Positions 37,250 to 49,904 of a stretch of DNA of 64,000 bases are shown piece after piece. The stretch comes from Macrostomum lignano (taxonomy: Eukaryota): positions 62,001 to 126,000 of the forward strand of contig NIVC01002011.1 of the NCBI GenBank assembly GCA_002269645.1, read 5' to 3'. Each line of letters starts with the position of its first letter. The stretch's first letter is position 1. The position numbers were made by a program, and so were the translations under genes. A model generated the notes under the pieces. It searched no databases. It worked only from the letters and a program-made list of their open reading frames with translations, and had not been told where the DNA came from.

Positions 37250-37922
37250 AATCGCTGTATGTATTAAATTAAGTGTTTTTAATTAGTATTTTATTTAATA
37301 AAAGCTTTCAATAAAAATGTTACACTACTACTTTTAAACTACTTAGATTCGAACTCAGGTCGCTGCATTAGCAGTCCGGTATGTTTAGCTCTAGGCTAGC
37401 TCTCATTGAATTTATAAGTGAATTTGTAGCACTTATAAATTTAACACACACTTATGTCAGGTAGAGCAGTTATGACATAATCAATTTCTTAGGCAAGTCA
37501 GTACCAGTGTCTTTAAAGTTAACAATATGGTTACGTAATATAAATCGAGTACCGTGCTATGCTTCCACACTCAACGCTGTGACGCAATTCAATTGAGTTT
37601 CAAATTCAGCCAGTACACAGACAATAAATAAAAAGCCTATTGTGATGCAATCTGTTTCAGAATCAGAATTCAACCAGTCAGTTTTTTTGCTAGCATTCTT
37701 ACAATGCATTTTAAGTCGAAAGAGCTGCTTGACCTTTGCAAAAAAGCATGTTTTTCGAATATTTAATCCCTTTAGCATTGAGCAATTTCTTAGCCACGAT
37801 GCATGTACCGTCACGGAAAAATTTCTGATCGAACAGCGCAAGTTCGAACAAAATCGGTTGAGTCGTTTTTGCTAAAATCGATCATACACACATATACCGA
37901 CAGACCATTTTAGTATATTGGA
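37250..37922 (-). mobile_element. Non-autonomous Helitron-like element, 5' portion (copy leading into the 24-bp array)
   Basis: 5' end TCCAATATACTAAAATGGTCTGTC at 37922; homologous to 61096-61730; tRNA-like module at about 37340-37400. Confidence 0.7.
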
Positions 37923-40523
37923 CTAGCAATTTAAGCCCCCCGCTGGGGGGCGCAAGAATGACGCCAGGTGGTTTTTATTTTGGCCAATGAGTAAAAACCT
38001 TACTTATTATTCAAAATCCATTAATCAAAACTTACTTTTTCTCATTTTTGGCAAAAATAAATTGCCATGCATCAAAACCTTCACTTAAAGTTATAAGTTA
38101 TAAGTTTATAGCTGCAAACTGCCGATGGGATAACTATCTACAGAGTTTTAGTGGATAATAAGTGTGAATGATTAATTGCAAGTTTATTGAGGGGATAACT
38201 GCAGACTGCTGAATGAATTATTGTAGTTTGCTGATGTTAATGAAAGTTGTAGACGGCAAAGTGGATATCTGCAGGCTGTTAATAGTATGACTGCATTCTG
38301 TTTTGCGGGATTAGAAGAGAAGCTACAAGCTACAAGAATTACTGAATTACTGTACACAAGCAATAACAGGCATAGGCTAAGCAGATGGTCGGCAATTGGA
38401 GTCTGCATTGAAGCAGCAAATTTATCTGGCTTACTGGGGGAATTGTTGAGATGTCAAGGCTTACTGGGGTAATTGCTGCAATCTCGAGGCTTACTGGACT
38501 GGGAGAATTGCGTAGATGCCATGGCTCGAGTTTAATTGCTGCGATGTCAAGGTTTAGTGGGGGGATTTCTGAGATGTCAAGGCTTAATGGGGTAATTGCT
38601 GCGATGTCGAGGCTTACTGGGGAAATTTCTGAGATGTCAAGGCTTACTGGGCTGGGAGAATTGCGTAGATGCCAAGGCTCGACTTCGCGTTGCTGCGATG
38701 TCAAGGCTTACTGGGGAAATTGCTGAGATGTCATCAAGGCTTATGGCATATTGAGCTCCTGCTGCGGACCAGAATATGCCCAGGCCAATGACGATATGCC
38801 CTAAGAGTTTGTGCTTGAAAGGATAAGTACTATTTGCTGAATGAGAAAGGCTTTTGGGCTGATGAAGGAAACTTTGGCTGGTGAAGGTTTTGATTCATGG
38901 CAACTGGGGGAATTGTTGAGTTGTCAAGGCTTACTGGGGGAATTGCTGCGACTTCAAGGCTTACTGGGGGAATTTCTGAGATTTCAAGGCTTACTCGGGG
39001 AATTACTGAGATTTCAAGGCTTACTGGGGGAAATCGCTGAGATGTCAAGGCTTACTGGGAGGAATTGCTGAGATGTCAAGGCTTACTGGGGGAATTACTG
39101 AGATGTCAAGGCTTGCTTGGGGGAATTGCTGAGTTGTCAAGGCCTACTGGGGTAATTGTGAGAAGTCAAGACTTACTGGAGGAATTACTGAGATGTCAAG
39201 GCTTACTGGGGAATTGCTGAGATGTCAAGGCTTACTGGGAGAATTGCTCAAATGTCAAGGCTTACTGGGAGGAATTGCTGAGATGTCAAGGTTTACTGGG
39301 AGGAATTGCTGAGATGTCAAGGCTAACTGGGGGAATTACTGAGATGTCAAGGCTTACTGAGGGAATTACTGAGATGTCAAGGCTTACTGAGGGAATTACT
39401 GAGATGTCAAGGCTTACTTGGGGGAATTGCTGAGTTGTCAAGGCCTACTGGGGGAATTGTGAGAAGTCGAGACTTACTGGGGAATTACTGAGATTTCAAG
39501 GCGTACTGGGGGGAATTGCTGAGTTGTCAAGGCTTACTGGGGGAATTGCTGAGACTTCAAGGCTTACTGGGGGAATTTCTGAGATTTCAAGGCTTACTCA
39601 GGAAATTGCTGAGATTTCAAGGCTTTCTTGGATGAATTGCTGAGATGTCAAGGTTTACTGTGGGAATTGCTGAGATGTCAAGGCTTACTGGGGAAATTGC
39701 TGAGATGTCATCAAGGCTTATGGCATATTGAGCTCCTGCTGCGGACCAGAATATGCCCAGGCCAATGACGATATGCCCTAAGAGTTTGTGCTTGAAAGGA
39801 TAAGTACTATTTCCTGAATGAGAAAGGGTTTTGGGCTGATGAAGGAAACTTTGGCTGGAATAAGTTTCAAGTTATAAGTTATAAGTCTGGAGGAACTACC
39901 TCAGCAGTTTTTCGTTTTTCAACTTTGCAATCTTTTGCACAACACAGCTTTTAGCAATACTTTCAGCAGTTTAGCAACATCGTCTGCATTTTAGCGATTT
40001 CTTAGATCTAGGCAATAACAATTGATGGGATAACTGATAGTCGAAGCTAATTATTACTAATTAATAAAAAATAGTTGCTTTTAATCAAAAAATGTTCGAT
40101 TAGTCCAGGCACAAGCTACAAATAAAAGAAAATTAATTTAATATATTTTTATCTCCCTCGTGCATACTCTGAAGCTTGCGAATACTTAATTATTTATAGC
40201 TCGTAGCATCAGGTCAAGAAGTTAAAGTTTAGTCTATGGCCATAAACGTATTATTATTTTTCGAGCTCTCACTGCGAGAAAAATACACTAATTAGATAGG
40301 GAAAATACAGTTTTTTGAATATTTAAGACCTTTAGAATTGAAGCAGATAAAAGAAATGTTAACCATACAATCCTTGGTTGAGTTGCAACTTTTTGGTGAA
40401 AACGCGATCAAAATTGGTCAAGAATTGCAATGTGTAGAGCGTTTTACACGGACAGACAGACAGACATAGATTAGAGATTTAGTATATTTAGAAGAAGATA
40501 GAAGATATAAGAAAATGGATGGA
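37923..40523 (-). mobile_element. Non-autonomous Helitron-like element (rearranged) carrying the 30-bp array
   Basis: 5' TCCATCC...TATACTAA...(GTCT)n at 40523. 3' end is hairpin GCCCCCC-GCT-GGGGGGC (37935-37951) 8 nt from CTAG (37923-37926). Confidence 0.65.
38415..39720 (-). repeat. 30-bp minisatellite (CCCCAGTAAGCCTTGACATCTCAGCAATTC)n
   Basis: Direct reading. Includes a duplicated ~160-bp unique block (38700-38880 and 39700-39860). Confidence 0.9.
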
Positions 40524-40924
40524 CTAGCCATTTAGCCCCCCCCCCCGGGTTGCTTTTTAGCAGTTTAGCACTTGTCTTTCCCTTTCTAAATTAGCAAATA
40601 GTGCTTATCTTCTCAAGCAAAACTCTTAGTGCGCATCGTCATTGGCCTAGTTATATTCTGGTCTGCAGGAGCTCAATATGCCAATCCCTGACGGCCTTAG
40701 ACCCCTCTTTATTAGCCTAACTCAGAGAATCAAACCTTTAATAAATACGCTGGTATTTCCTTTTAGCAGAAATTAGCATCTGCACTTACGTGTACGTTTT
40801 AATTATCTGAATTAAATGAGCTACTTAAGCCGTACTACTTGACTATCTGACAATCGCCCAGAAACCTCCCCCCTCCCCCCAACAATTCAGCCATCCCCCA
40901 TGAGTCTTAATATCTCATCAGTTT

Positions 40925-41400
40925 CCACAGTAGGCCTTGACATCTCAGAAATTCCCTTATTAAGCATCGACATCGCAGCAATTCCACCAATAAGCCTTGA
41001 AATCTCAGCAATTACCCCAGTAAGCCTTGAAATCTCAGCATTTTCCTCAGTAAGCCTTGAAATCTCAGCAATTCTCTCAGTAAGCCTTGAAATCTCAACA
41101 ATTTCCTCAGTAAGCCTTCAAATCTCAGCAAATCCCTTAGTAAGCCTTGATATCTCAGAAATTCCCCCAGTAAGCCTTGACATCTCAGCAATTCCCCCAG
41201 TAAGCCTTGACATTTCGGCAATTCCTCCAGTAAGCCTTGACATCTCAGCAACAGCAATTTTCCCAGTAAGCCTTGATATCTCAGCAATTTCCCCAGTAAA
41301 CCTTGACATCTAAGAAATTTCCTCAGTAAGCCTCGACATCGCAGCAATTGTATTTGAGCCTTGACATCTACGCAATTCTCCCAGCCCAGTAAGCCTTGAC
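40925..41400 (+). repeat. 30-bp minisatellite, opposite orientation to 38415-39720
   Basis: Direct reading of CCCAGTAAGCCTTGA(A/C)ATCTCAGCAATT units. Confidence 0.9.
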
Positions 41401-43744
41401 ATCCTAGCAACCCAACTCCCAGTTTAGCAGTTTAGCAACCCAGTTTAGCAATAGTTTACCAGCAGTTTAGCAATGGTTCACCAGTACTGTTTCACACAAT
41501 CAGTGAGTAGATGCCACTAATCTACATGTTTCTCAATAATCGAAACTATTTGAAATTGATTTGCATCCTCTTACATATTTATTACTTTATTGCACGTCAG
41601 CTTAGCATTGCTCTCCCCGATTAGCGCTGCTCACCGGATTAGTAATACCTCCTGTAAATAAGCAGTTACATCAGAGTAGCACTGTTCTAGAAGATTAACG
41701 CAGACATAGCAAAACTACCTTTAAAATTAAATGTTAAAAATCTGCAGGAAATCTGCATAGGAGACAGTAAATATTGTCACAGGTCACAGAAATAAATTCA
41801 CTGCTTCACTTCAGGCTCGAACTGCCGACCTTCAGTCTATGTCTGTTAATGCCTGCCTACTGCGGCTATTGTGCCTATTGACAGATGGTAGAAATGTACC
41901 TTCTACTGTTCAAGAAGTTTAACTTCAGCAGTTTGAAGTTAATCCCCCAGAAATCGGCAGTTATCCCCAGAACAACCTGAAACTATCCCTTCATCTAATG
42001 CCGCAAAACAGACTGCAGTCAATCCCCCCAGTCATCTCTTAGCAGTCTGCATTTATCCACTTTGCAGTCTACAACTTTCATGAAAATTAAACACTTATAC
42101 CCCTAGAATTGCTAGAATTGTCCCCTCAGCAAACTCTGTTGATAGTTATCCCTTCAGCAGTTTGCAACTATACGCTTATAAGTCTGGAGGAACTACCCCT
42201 CCAATCGAAAAAATTCGATTCTCATTTATCCACACAGCAGTCTGCAGTTCTGCTCTCAGCCGGCTCCGCAGTATCCTCAGAAGACTACAATTTGTACGGC
42301 TCACTAATCCATTTTCGATACATATCGGCAGTCTTGCAAAGCTCAGCATTTAGCAATACGTTCGGCAGTTTTGCAGAATCGTCTGCAGTTTAGCAATTTC
42401 ATACTTTTATGGAGCTAGGCGATATACAAATTCATGGGATCAGTAATACATGTACTCAAAGCAGTTTTCTACAAATCAAATTTGATTAGCAAATCGCGCC
42501 GAATAGCAAAAATAATTCATTAAGTGTGCCTTGCTAATTAAGCAGAAATGTTGCAATTAGTACCCAGTGGAAAAGACAACGTTGATCCAACGGTGTTTCA
42601 ACGGAGGTATGTCACAAAAGCGTTGGGAACAAAAAAGTTTGTCTTTGTACCCAAAATGGCTCGTAAGCAATTAAAAAAGCTTTTATTTTGCTTACTGAGC
42701 CAATATTTCATTTTTTGAAGTGCGTTGTGAAACCGTTGTAAAACCGTTGTGATTGCTCTTCGTTGAATTGCCGTTGTTTCTCAACGGTAAACCAAATTTC
42801 CCAAAAAGACTGTGAGTAAAACTGAGGTCAGGGAATTTTGTAATAACTCTAGAACTAAGTTGGATTTGCTCTACACAGTACGTATTATGTAAAGTGTTTT
42901 CTTTTTGGCAACTACTGTGCAGTTTTTTGTTAATAATTAGTAGACAAAATTGGTTTGATAAACTTATATGTTGCAAAGCATCACGACGCACGTCTATTTT
43001 ACATAGTACCAATATTGTTTTGCAATTTCTGTTTGGAGCAGGAGAATGTGGATTTTTGTCATACTTGTTATTTTGATGGTCTGTTTAGCATATAGTTTCC
43101 TCCGATTTTCATGCTCACGTGTTTTATTTTGTGGATGGCTTGTATTGCAGATCCTTTGCAAACTTCACTTTTGAATTAGCTGGCTAGCTATCTTTTTATG
43201 ATTAACTCACATGCTATGCATGTTTCAAAATTGTTTTTTCTTTTTTTTAGTTGCATAAATGTACACAACACACATGGCTTGGCAACAGTGGAAGTGCAAT
43301 GCCTAATTGTTCTTTGCAATTTAACCCAGCAAGCATGACAGTATATAGCTTTACCTTTAACCCACTATATCTTTACTTTATTTAGGGCTTTTATGGGCTA
43401 TAGCCTAGGAACATATCAATTATTAGCTACTATGTGTGTGCAGATCAATTCCTCAAATGCCAGGTAGATGCTGTGTTTTCCTTGTTATATATTTGCTATA
43501 TTTGTATAACTATTTTGTATTGTAGGCCATATTACTATAGCTATGTCATAGCTATATATATTAGCTATAAATATTTATATGCTTTAGCTAGTGCCTGTGC
43601 AGTGCCAGGTATATATAGAAATAAAAGAATGTAATTGTTTATAATTATTCATGGTAAATATAGTATGAGTATAGTATAGTATTATTTGCCAATTACTATA
43701 AGATATTGTGATATAAATGATTTTACTTGTGAATTATTTTTCAG

Positions 43745-45373
43745 ATGTCCAAACGTAACTTTGCTAGAAAAGTGCTTCAGGGTTGTTTAGAGGAAATTGA
43801 AGTAGAGCAGCTTCAAAAAGCATCTGAACCCATTAACCAAGATCAAGCCCAAGGCAATAATCATCAACAAGATGAAGAATTCATTCAAGCTGAAGAATAC
43901 GACACTGACTTTCTTGGCAACAGTCATGGCAATCCAATGGATAATAGTGAATCAGATGAAGACCTTGTAGAAGAGGATCAAGATATACCTGAAGTTGAAG
44001 ATGCTACGCCAGAGCTAACAATTGAGCAAGAACTGCTTCTATTTTATATACTTTTTAATGTGTCACGCTCTGCTATGGCTTGGATCCTTGCCTTTTTAAA
44101 TCGCAAGGGTATTTCAGTTCCAAAGTCTGTATATGGCTTGAAAAAGCATTCTGCTAATTCTTCTTATTATTCTATTATTGCTACTGAAGGAGACTTTTTC
44201 TATGTATCAATGGCCAAAAATTTGGAATTTTGTGTTAGCAATAATTATTTTGACTTTTCAAAATGCATTACTGATTCTGAAACTGGGCACATAAAAGTAA
44301 ATTCCATTTTCAATATAGATGGAATGCCCTTGTATAATAGTTCTTCCATGTCAGCTTGGCCAATTTTAATGAAAGTATCAGGCTATTTGCGTCCATTGCC
44401 CATTGCTATTTTTGTTGGTAAAAGTAAACCATCATTGAATATTTTGTTATCACGCTTCTGTGAAGAGCTAAACATTTTTTTTAGTAATGGTATTCAAGTT
44501 CTTGGCCACCATTTTAAGTTAGTCCGTGCTCTTTTTGTTTGTGATGCCCCTGCTCATGCTCATATCTGCTCTATTATGAACCATAACTCTCGCATGGGAT
44601 GTAGTTATTGTCAAGCTGAAGGTAGACATTTTGCTAATCGTATTGTTTTTTCATCTTCTATTGGTACTTTGCGAACTGATCAGTGCTATGCTGATTCTAA
44701 AGAAAATAACCAGAAGGTAGGGCATTCAACACCTTTGCTGAGTATTAAAAATATTGGTTTTTATTCTCATTTTCCACCTGACTATCAACATGCTGTATGT
44801 TTAGGTGTTTGTAGAAAAGTTTTTAATTTTCTTTTTTCATCTAAGTTTGGTTCATCTTGTAAGATTTCAGCACTAAAGTTAAAAGAGCTGTCTGATTTTA
44901 TTGATAGCTATGCCAAGTTCACTCCTGCTGAGTTTCAGCGGAGGCCTCGCCGTATTGATACAAATTTAGCTCACTTTAAAGCAACTGAGTTTCGACTCTT
45001 TTTGCTATATTTGGGGCCTTTTTTCTTCAGAAAGTTTTTACCACAAAAATACTATGACCACTTTCTTCACTTGCACTTTTCTATCTATGTTTTTTGCTCT
45101 GATGTCCACCAGACTCTCTTACCAAATGCTCATCGTTGTATTGAGATTTTTGTTAAGGAAATGGAGTCATTGTATGGTGAAGCATCAATTTCTTATAACC
45201 CTCACACTTTGCTCCATCTTTATGAATTTGTTTGTCTATATGGAAAACTTGACAATTTTTCTGCATTTGACTTCGAAAACTATTTGGGGCATGTTAAAAG
45301 ACGAATTTCAGTTACCCGCTTTGCTTCTAAGCATATTTTGCACCAGTTTTTTAATGTGAATTTCTTTATTTGA
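43745..45373 (+). CDS. EnSpm-type DDE transposase (542 aa)
   Basis: NIDGMPLY..S..WPIL, VCDAPA, HNSRMGCSYC, PPDYQHAVCLGV, PAEFQRRPR, FKATEFRLFLLY, SYNPHTLLHL, SAFDFENYLG. No internal stops. ATG directly follows a TTTTTCAG acceptor. Confidence 0.9.
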   Translation: MSKRNFARKVLQGCLEEIEVEQLQKASEPINQDQAQGNNHQQDEEFIQAEEYDTDFLGNSHGNPMDNSESDEDLVEEDQDIPEVEDATPELTIEQELLLFYILFNVSRSAMAWILAFLNRKGISVPKSVYGLKKHSANSSYYSIIATEGDFFYVSMAKNLEFCVSNNYFDFSKCITDSETGHIKVNSIFNIDGMPLYNSSSMSAWPILMKVSGYLRPLPIAIFVGKSKPSLNILLSRFCEELNIFFSNGIQVLGHHFKLVRALFVCDAPAHAHICSIMNHNSRMGCSYCQAEGRHFANRIVFSSSIGTLRTDQCYADSKENNQKVGHSTPLLSIKNIGFYSHFPPDYQHAVCLGVCRKVFNFLFSSKFGSSCKISALKLKELSDFIDSYAKFTPAEFQRRPRRIDTNLAHFKATEFRLFLLYLGPFFFRKFLPQKYYDHFLHLHFSIYVFCSDVHQTLLPNAHRCIEIFVKEMESLYGEASISYNPHTLLHLYEFVCLYGKLDNFSAFDFENYLGHVKRRISVTRFASKHILHQFFNVNFFI

Positions 45374-45447
45374 TGTCACAAACATGTCATGTATATATTT
45401 CCAACATATTCCCATTATTAAGAGTATTTCTATTTCTCATTTCAGCC

Positions 45448-47436
45448 ATGAAGTTTATCGTGATCTTTCACGTTGACAAAGAAATAGTCGAATTGAGCGA
45501 GACTGAAGTCCTCTTAGAAAACTTCCAAAAATTCACTCTGGACAACTGGCGAAACTTTGTTGGCGAGCCTATTGCAAGGGCATACTACAATGAGCAAGTA
45601 TGGGACTGCACAATTCTTCAGGTAACTGCACGCTTTATTCCCTGAATGTTCCCATAATCATACTTGTATATGGGGGTCGTTTGGTATTTTTGATTTTCAC
45701 TAAGTAATTTTGCATTTGCGCTAGGTTCTCCCTGACGACGATTATGACGCCACTGGGACGGTAAATTGGCTTCGGGCGTTCAGGCGCGAGAAGCACTGCA
45801 AAATCCAAACTCTTTTGGGACTGGTCAAACGAGTACCCGATGGCAGGAGGCAAAGATTCCTTCCTTTGGAGGTTAGCTACAAACCGTTTTTGTTGCTATA
45901 AGTGTGTATTAAAACTTCGAAAGATGTTAACCATTTGTAACCATTAGTCATTATTATTCAATCGATCTCACGAACTACGTTACTATAAGTAGCGCGCAAT
46001 CATTCTCAGAATCTGCAGACCGAGTCCGAGTCTGACTGCCAACGATCGCCCTCAAGCTTCTCACGGTCGGTTAGACTACCCCAAGCTGAGGATTCCGCCA
46101 GGGCAGTTCAACAAAGCCCAAGCTCGCTGCCGCTGTTGCCTTTGCCGGAGACAAGAAACCCATCGGCTCAGCTAGCGGTTGAAACAGCTCCACCGGAAAC
46201 GCCCAAATCACTGCCCCACCATGGACAGAACGACAGGTGCAGGTCACAGCAGAGTGCGGCTGAGTTGCTCAGCCCTTCGGATCAGCCAGGAGCCTTGCGT
46301 TTCAATGCAGCTGCAGCTGACGTCGCATCATTGAACTTCGGTACCGGGGGCTTGACTTGCTGAAGGCTAGAATGGAGGCTAAGCTTGGAGTCTCTCTGAC
46401 ATCGCCTCTCGGACTGTGCTACCTGGGGCTCCATACCCTTCGTCGGACATCAGCTTGCATGACAACAATCTCAGAATTGAAGCAGTGCATGTCGCGTGCC
46501 GCTGCTGCTGCTGCTACTACATTTGGTCCAGTTGATGCAGATGCAGAATGGAAGCCGATTGCGACCTGGCCTGACTACATTGACTTCATCAAAAATCCAC
46601 CGGCTCTCGAATGGGTATGTACATCCAATAGTTTAGTGTTTGTTTTTGCAAAGTCTATTATTTCAAAAAGCCTCCGACAGCATGCTTTCACGATAGTTGG
46701 AAAATATAATTGTCTCTGACATATTCCACATTTTATTTCATATTAATATTCCATATTTCTTCGTGACTGTCCATCTACATGTATGATAAAATTATTGGCA
46801 CCCTTGCAGATGACACGGCTGCTGCTGCCCTGCAAGGCTGACGACCTTGGCAGCACCATTCGCCGAATGGTGAGGCGAATTCTGTCACCAGAGATGCTGG
46901 CCGCTGTCAATTATAACGGAAAGGGTCTTGGTGCTCTCTCTGGCTCTGAGCTTGGTGACACCGAACTTGCCTTTCGATCGGTGTTCTTGCCCAGTATTCT
47001 ACGTAAGTTCAATGCGCGCGCGTGTGTGTGTGTGTGTGCATATCACATTAAATTCAATGATCGAAATTAATTACTGAGTATACTGATTCTTAATTCATTT
47101 GATTTACGTATTGATAGGTTTTAAAATCAGACGGCCTATTAGTTTTAGATCAGTTATGTTTAATAATTGTATTTTTGTGACATACTTTTAGGGACGATGA
47201 AGGCAATGTACCGCGATGCTGCTGAGCGTCCAAAAGACCGCGATGTAGAGCTTGCAGTCATTGCTGCGCTGAAGCTGGGCAAGGACGGGCGAAGTCGTGG
47301 ACGTCAAGGTCCGACGGAGTCAGGCAGCCAGGCGTCGGCAGCCAGAGTTGGCACATCGCAAGACCCTCCGCCTGCCAAGGTTCGACGTTCCGTTCAGAAG
47401 GTCCCTATCATTTACGACGCTGACAGTGATGAGTGA
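45448..47436 (+). CDS. Multi-exon accessory gene, DUF4806-like (second CACTA ORF)
   Basis: In-phase GT-AG exons 45448-45621, 45725-45871 and 46010 onward; later exons from 46810 and about 47191. GSTIRRMVRRILSPEMLAAVNYNGKG resembles DUF4806. Probable frameshift near 46330-46360. Confidence 0.65.
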
Positions 47437-48661
47437 CTGGTTTGGAGTCATAACCTGTGAGCAGTACAATTTGAGATAATCAGCAGGCTAGAATGGGATA
47501 TTGATCGTATGTTGTGTCAATTTAGCTACTTAGCTTATGTGCAGTACAATCATTGGACACAGTCAGTTAGTTATTATTCAAAAATAAAGAAATGATTTAT
47601 AAAAAACGTTGTTGAAGCCATCATATCATCCTATAAACAAGTAATTTAGTTTGCAATAATTGCCAATGATTACACTTATACCTAACCCTGAGACTTTAAA
47701 CGCGTATGCATGCGAGAAATTTTTTTGCTTTGCTGTAATTTCATTTGACAAATATATAGATCTTTGCCAAATGTCTCAACTTTAAAATGTAACGTTTTTG
47801 GACACATGAGTGACATGACACATTTGATTGCGAAAATTGGCTTTTTTCATACTTTATTTCACGTGGATCAGCACCTCTAACAATATTTTGACCGTTGGAA
47901 TAGCGTTGATTCGCAGTTGGACTGCCGTTGGTAAACCGCCGTTGTATCAACGGATTTTCCTCCAGACACGCCCAACGGAGGGCCAACGGAGGGCAACAAC
48001 GTTGAATCAACGTTGGTTTTTCCGCTGGGTAGAGGCTTGAGATGAATAAATTCAATTTTATTTGTCCACCGCGGCTGGGACTCGAACCTGAGACCTTACG
48101 CCTACATTACATTAAGCATTTATACCCTCAGCGGCCTAGAATTGTCCTCTCAGCAAACTACAGTAATTCACTTAGCAGTCCGCAGTAATCCCCACAACAA
48201 CTTGCACCAAATCCTTCACAGTTATTATCCACACAAAACTCTGTAGATAGTTATTCCCTCAGCAGTTTGCAGCTATACGCTCATAAGTCTGGAAGGTCTG
48301 CATGAATGATCCTTTCAACAATATAGAAATTTGCTCAGCATTGTATGGCTCACTTATCCATTTTCGATACATATCGGCAGTCTTTTGCACAACCCAGCAT
48401 TTAGCAATACCTTCAACAGTCTCTTATCATCGTCTGCAGTTTAGCAATTTCATACTTTCATTGAGATAGGCAATACCCATTGATGGGATCATTAATACTC
48501 GAAGCAGTTTTTGAAATCAAATTTGCTTACTGGCTTGTGCCGAGTAGCAAAAATAATTAATTGCTAATTAATAAAAATAGTTTAATCGCTATTAATGAAA
48601 AAAATTAGCAATAAGTCGATGCACAGGCTACCAATAAATTAATTAACTCAATGTAAATTGT

Positions 48662-48742
48662 CAGCCGGGGCCGGGACTCGAACCTGGGACCTTACGCCTA
48701 GCCTAAACCTAGTCCTAGTGCCTACAGCGCGGCTACTCCGCC
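48662..48742 (-). ncRNA. tRNA-derived (SINE-head-like) sequence, not a functional tRNA
   Basis: A-box-like GTAGCCGCGCTG and B box GGTTCGAGTCC, but the acceptor stem does not pair. Related copies near 48070-48140, 49330-49380, 37340-37400 and 61607-61660. Confidence 0.6.
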
Positions 48743-49904
48743 TATTGATCGGAGGGAGACAAAATCAGCCATATATGCTACGGCACTTCGGCAGAGCCAA
48801 TGCACAGTTGAGTGAAATCTATAAATAGCAATTGTCTATGCAGTCCGCCAGTCAGCCAGGGTCAGAATGTACACACGCAGCCACTGAGCATTTTCCTCTC
48901 CCCTGCACACTGCAGCCAGTATTGGGGCCTACACAGTGAAGAGAGAAAAGTTGTGGCGCAATCATTTTTGAAATTGGAATTCAGTCAGTCAAGAATTCAA
49001 CCTGGTTTGGAGTCCCATTAAAGCATTAGGAAAACTCCTTTAGCATCGAAGCAGATTAAAGAAATTTTAACTGTCTTCTTTCCAGATAATTAAAATTCTT
49101 TTGGTGAAAACGCAATCCCCCAGTACCGTCACGGAAAAATTTCTGATCGAATGGTGCAAGTTTGAAGAAAATTGGTCAAGAATTGCAGTCTGTAGAGCGT
49201 TATATCCGGTCAGACAGACAAATCTTAGACACTTAGTATAGGTGGATATAGGTGGATGGATGAAAAAAAGGTGGCAGCAACCCAACTACCAACTCGGTTT
49301 AATATTTGATCGTAACTTAATAGAGACTAAGCGAGGGTTCTCGGACCATAGTGCTAGACCACTCAGGCCAGCTACCCGCCGTGCTAGTTGTTGAGGACAG
49401 ACAGAGTGTGCTTGTAGGCAGCAGCAGTAGTCATCAAAGAGTAGGAAGCGCAGGCATTACACTATCAAGAAGTAATTCTTATGTTTTTAAGTTCTAATAT
49501 ATGGTGAAATGTTGTCTAAAGTTTTGTTACAATTCTTTGATTAAAAACTTAAACCTTGAATCCACGCGCAGCAAATCAGTGAAGTAAATCTGGTACTACG
49601 CTCGCAATTACAGAATATTCTGTGGCTCGTAATAGTACTCAGGAATATGATTACGACTGTTGTAATTTCGCACAGCCATATTTATCAGTGAATAATAATG
49701 AAAGAACTTCGTCAGCCAATTTTGTCAAGCAAAGTAGCTCAGAAAAGTACATGTACGGCCAGCAAACTTCTACAAGCATCCGTGGGTTAGCAAACCTCCT
49801 ACAATTTTTTAATTCTTCTTAAACTTTGGAAAGCTAATTTCGGCTAGCACAGTACCACAAGCAAATTTCGGCAAGCAAATTTCTGCAAGCGTACAACAAC
49901 CAAG

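Larger units (their letters stand above)
42563..48029 (+). mobile_element. Full-length CACTA/EnSpm (CMC) DNA transposon, 5467 bp
   Basis: TIRs CCCAGTGGAAAAGACAACGTTGATCCAAC / CCCAGCGGAAAAAACCAACGTTGATTCAAC; TA on both flanks; subterminal CAACGG/CCGTTG repeats; two internal genes. Confidence 0.9.
40524..49260 (-). mobile_element. Composite Helitron-like copy (host of the CACTA insertion; internal duplication)
   Basis: 5' TCCATCC at 49260 preceded by A; CTAG and a degenerate hairpin at 40524-40550. 41900-42540 and 48130-48600 are duplicates; contains the 30-bp array and tRNA-like modules. Confidence 0.55.

Noticed and set aside
38339-41410. ORFs with PPVSLDISAI-type repeats
   Set aside because: Translations of the 30-bp satellite.
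48662-48742. Functional tRNA gene
   Set aside because: Acceptor and T stems are mismatched and there is no clear anticodon arm; treated as a tRNA-derived repeat.
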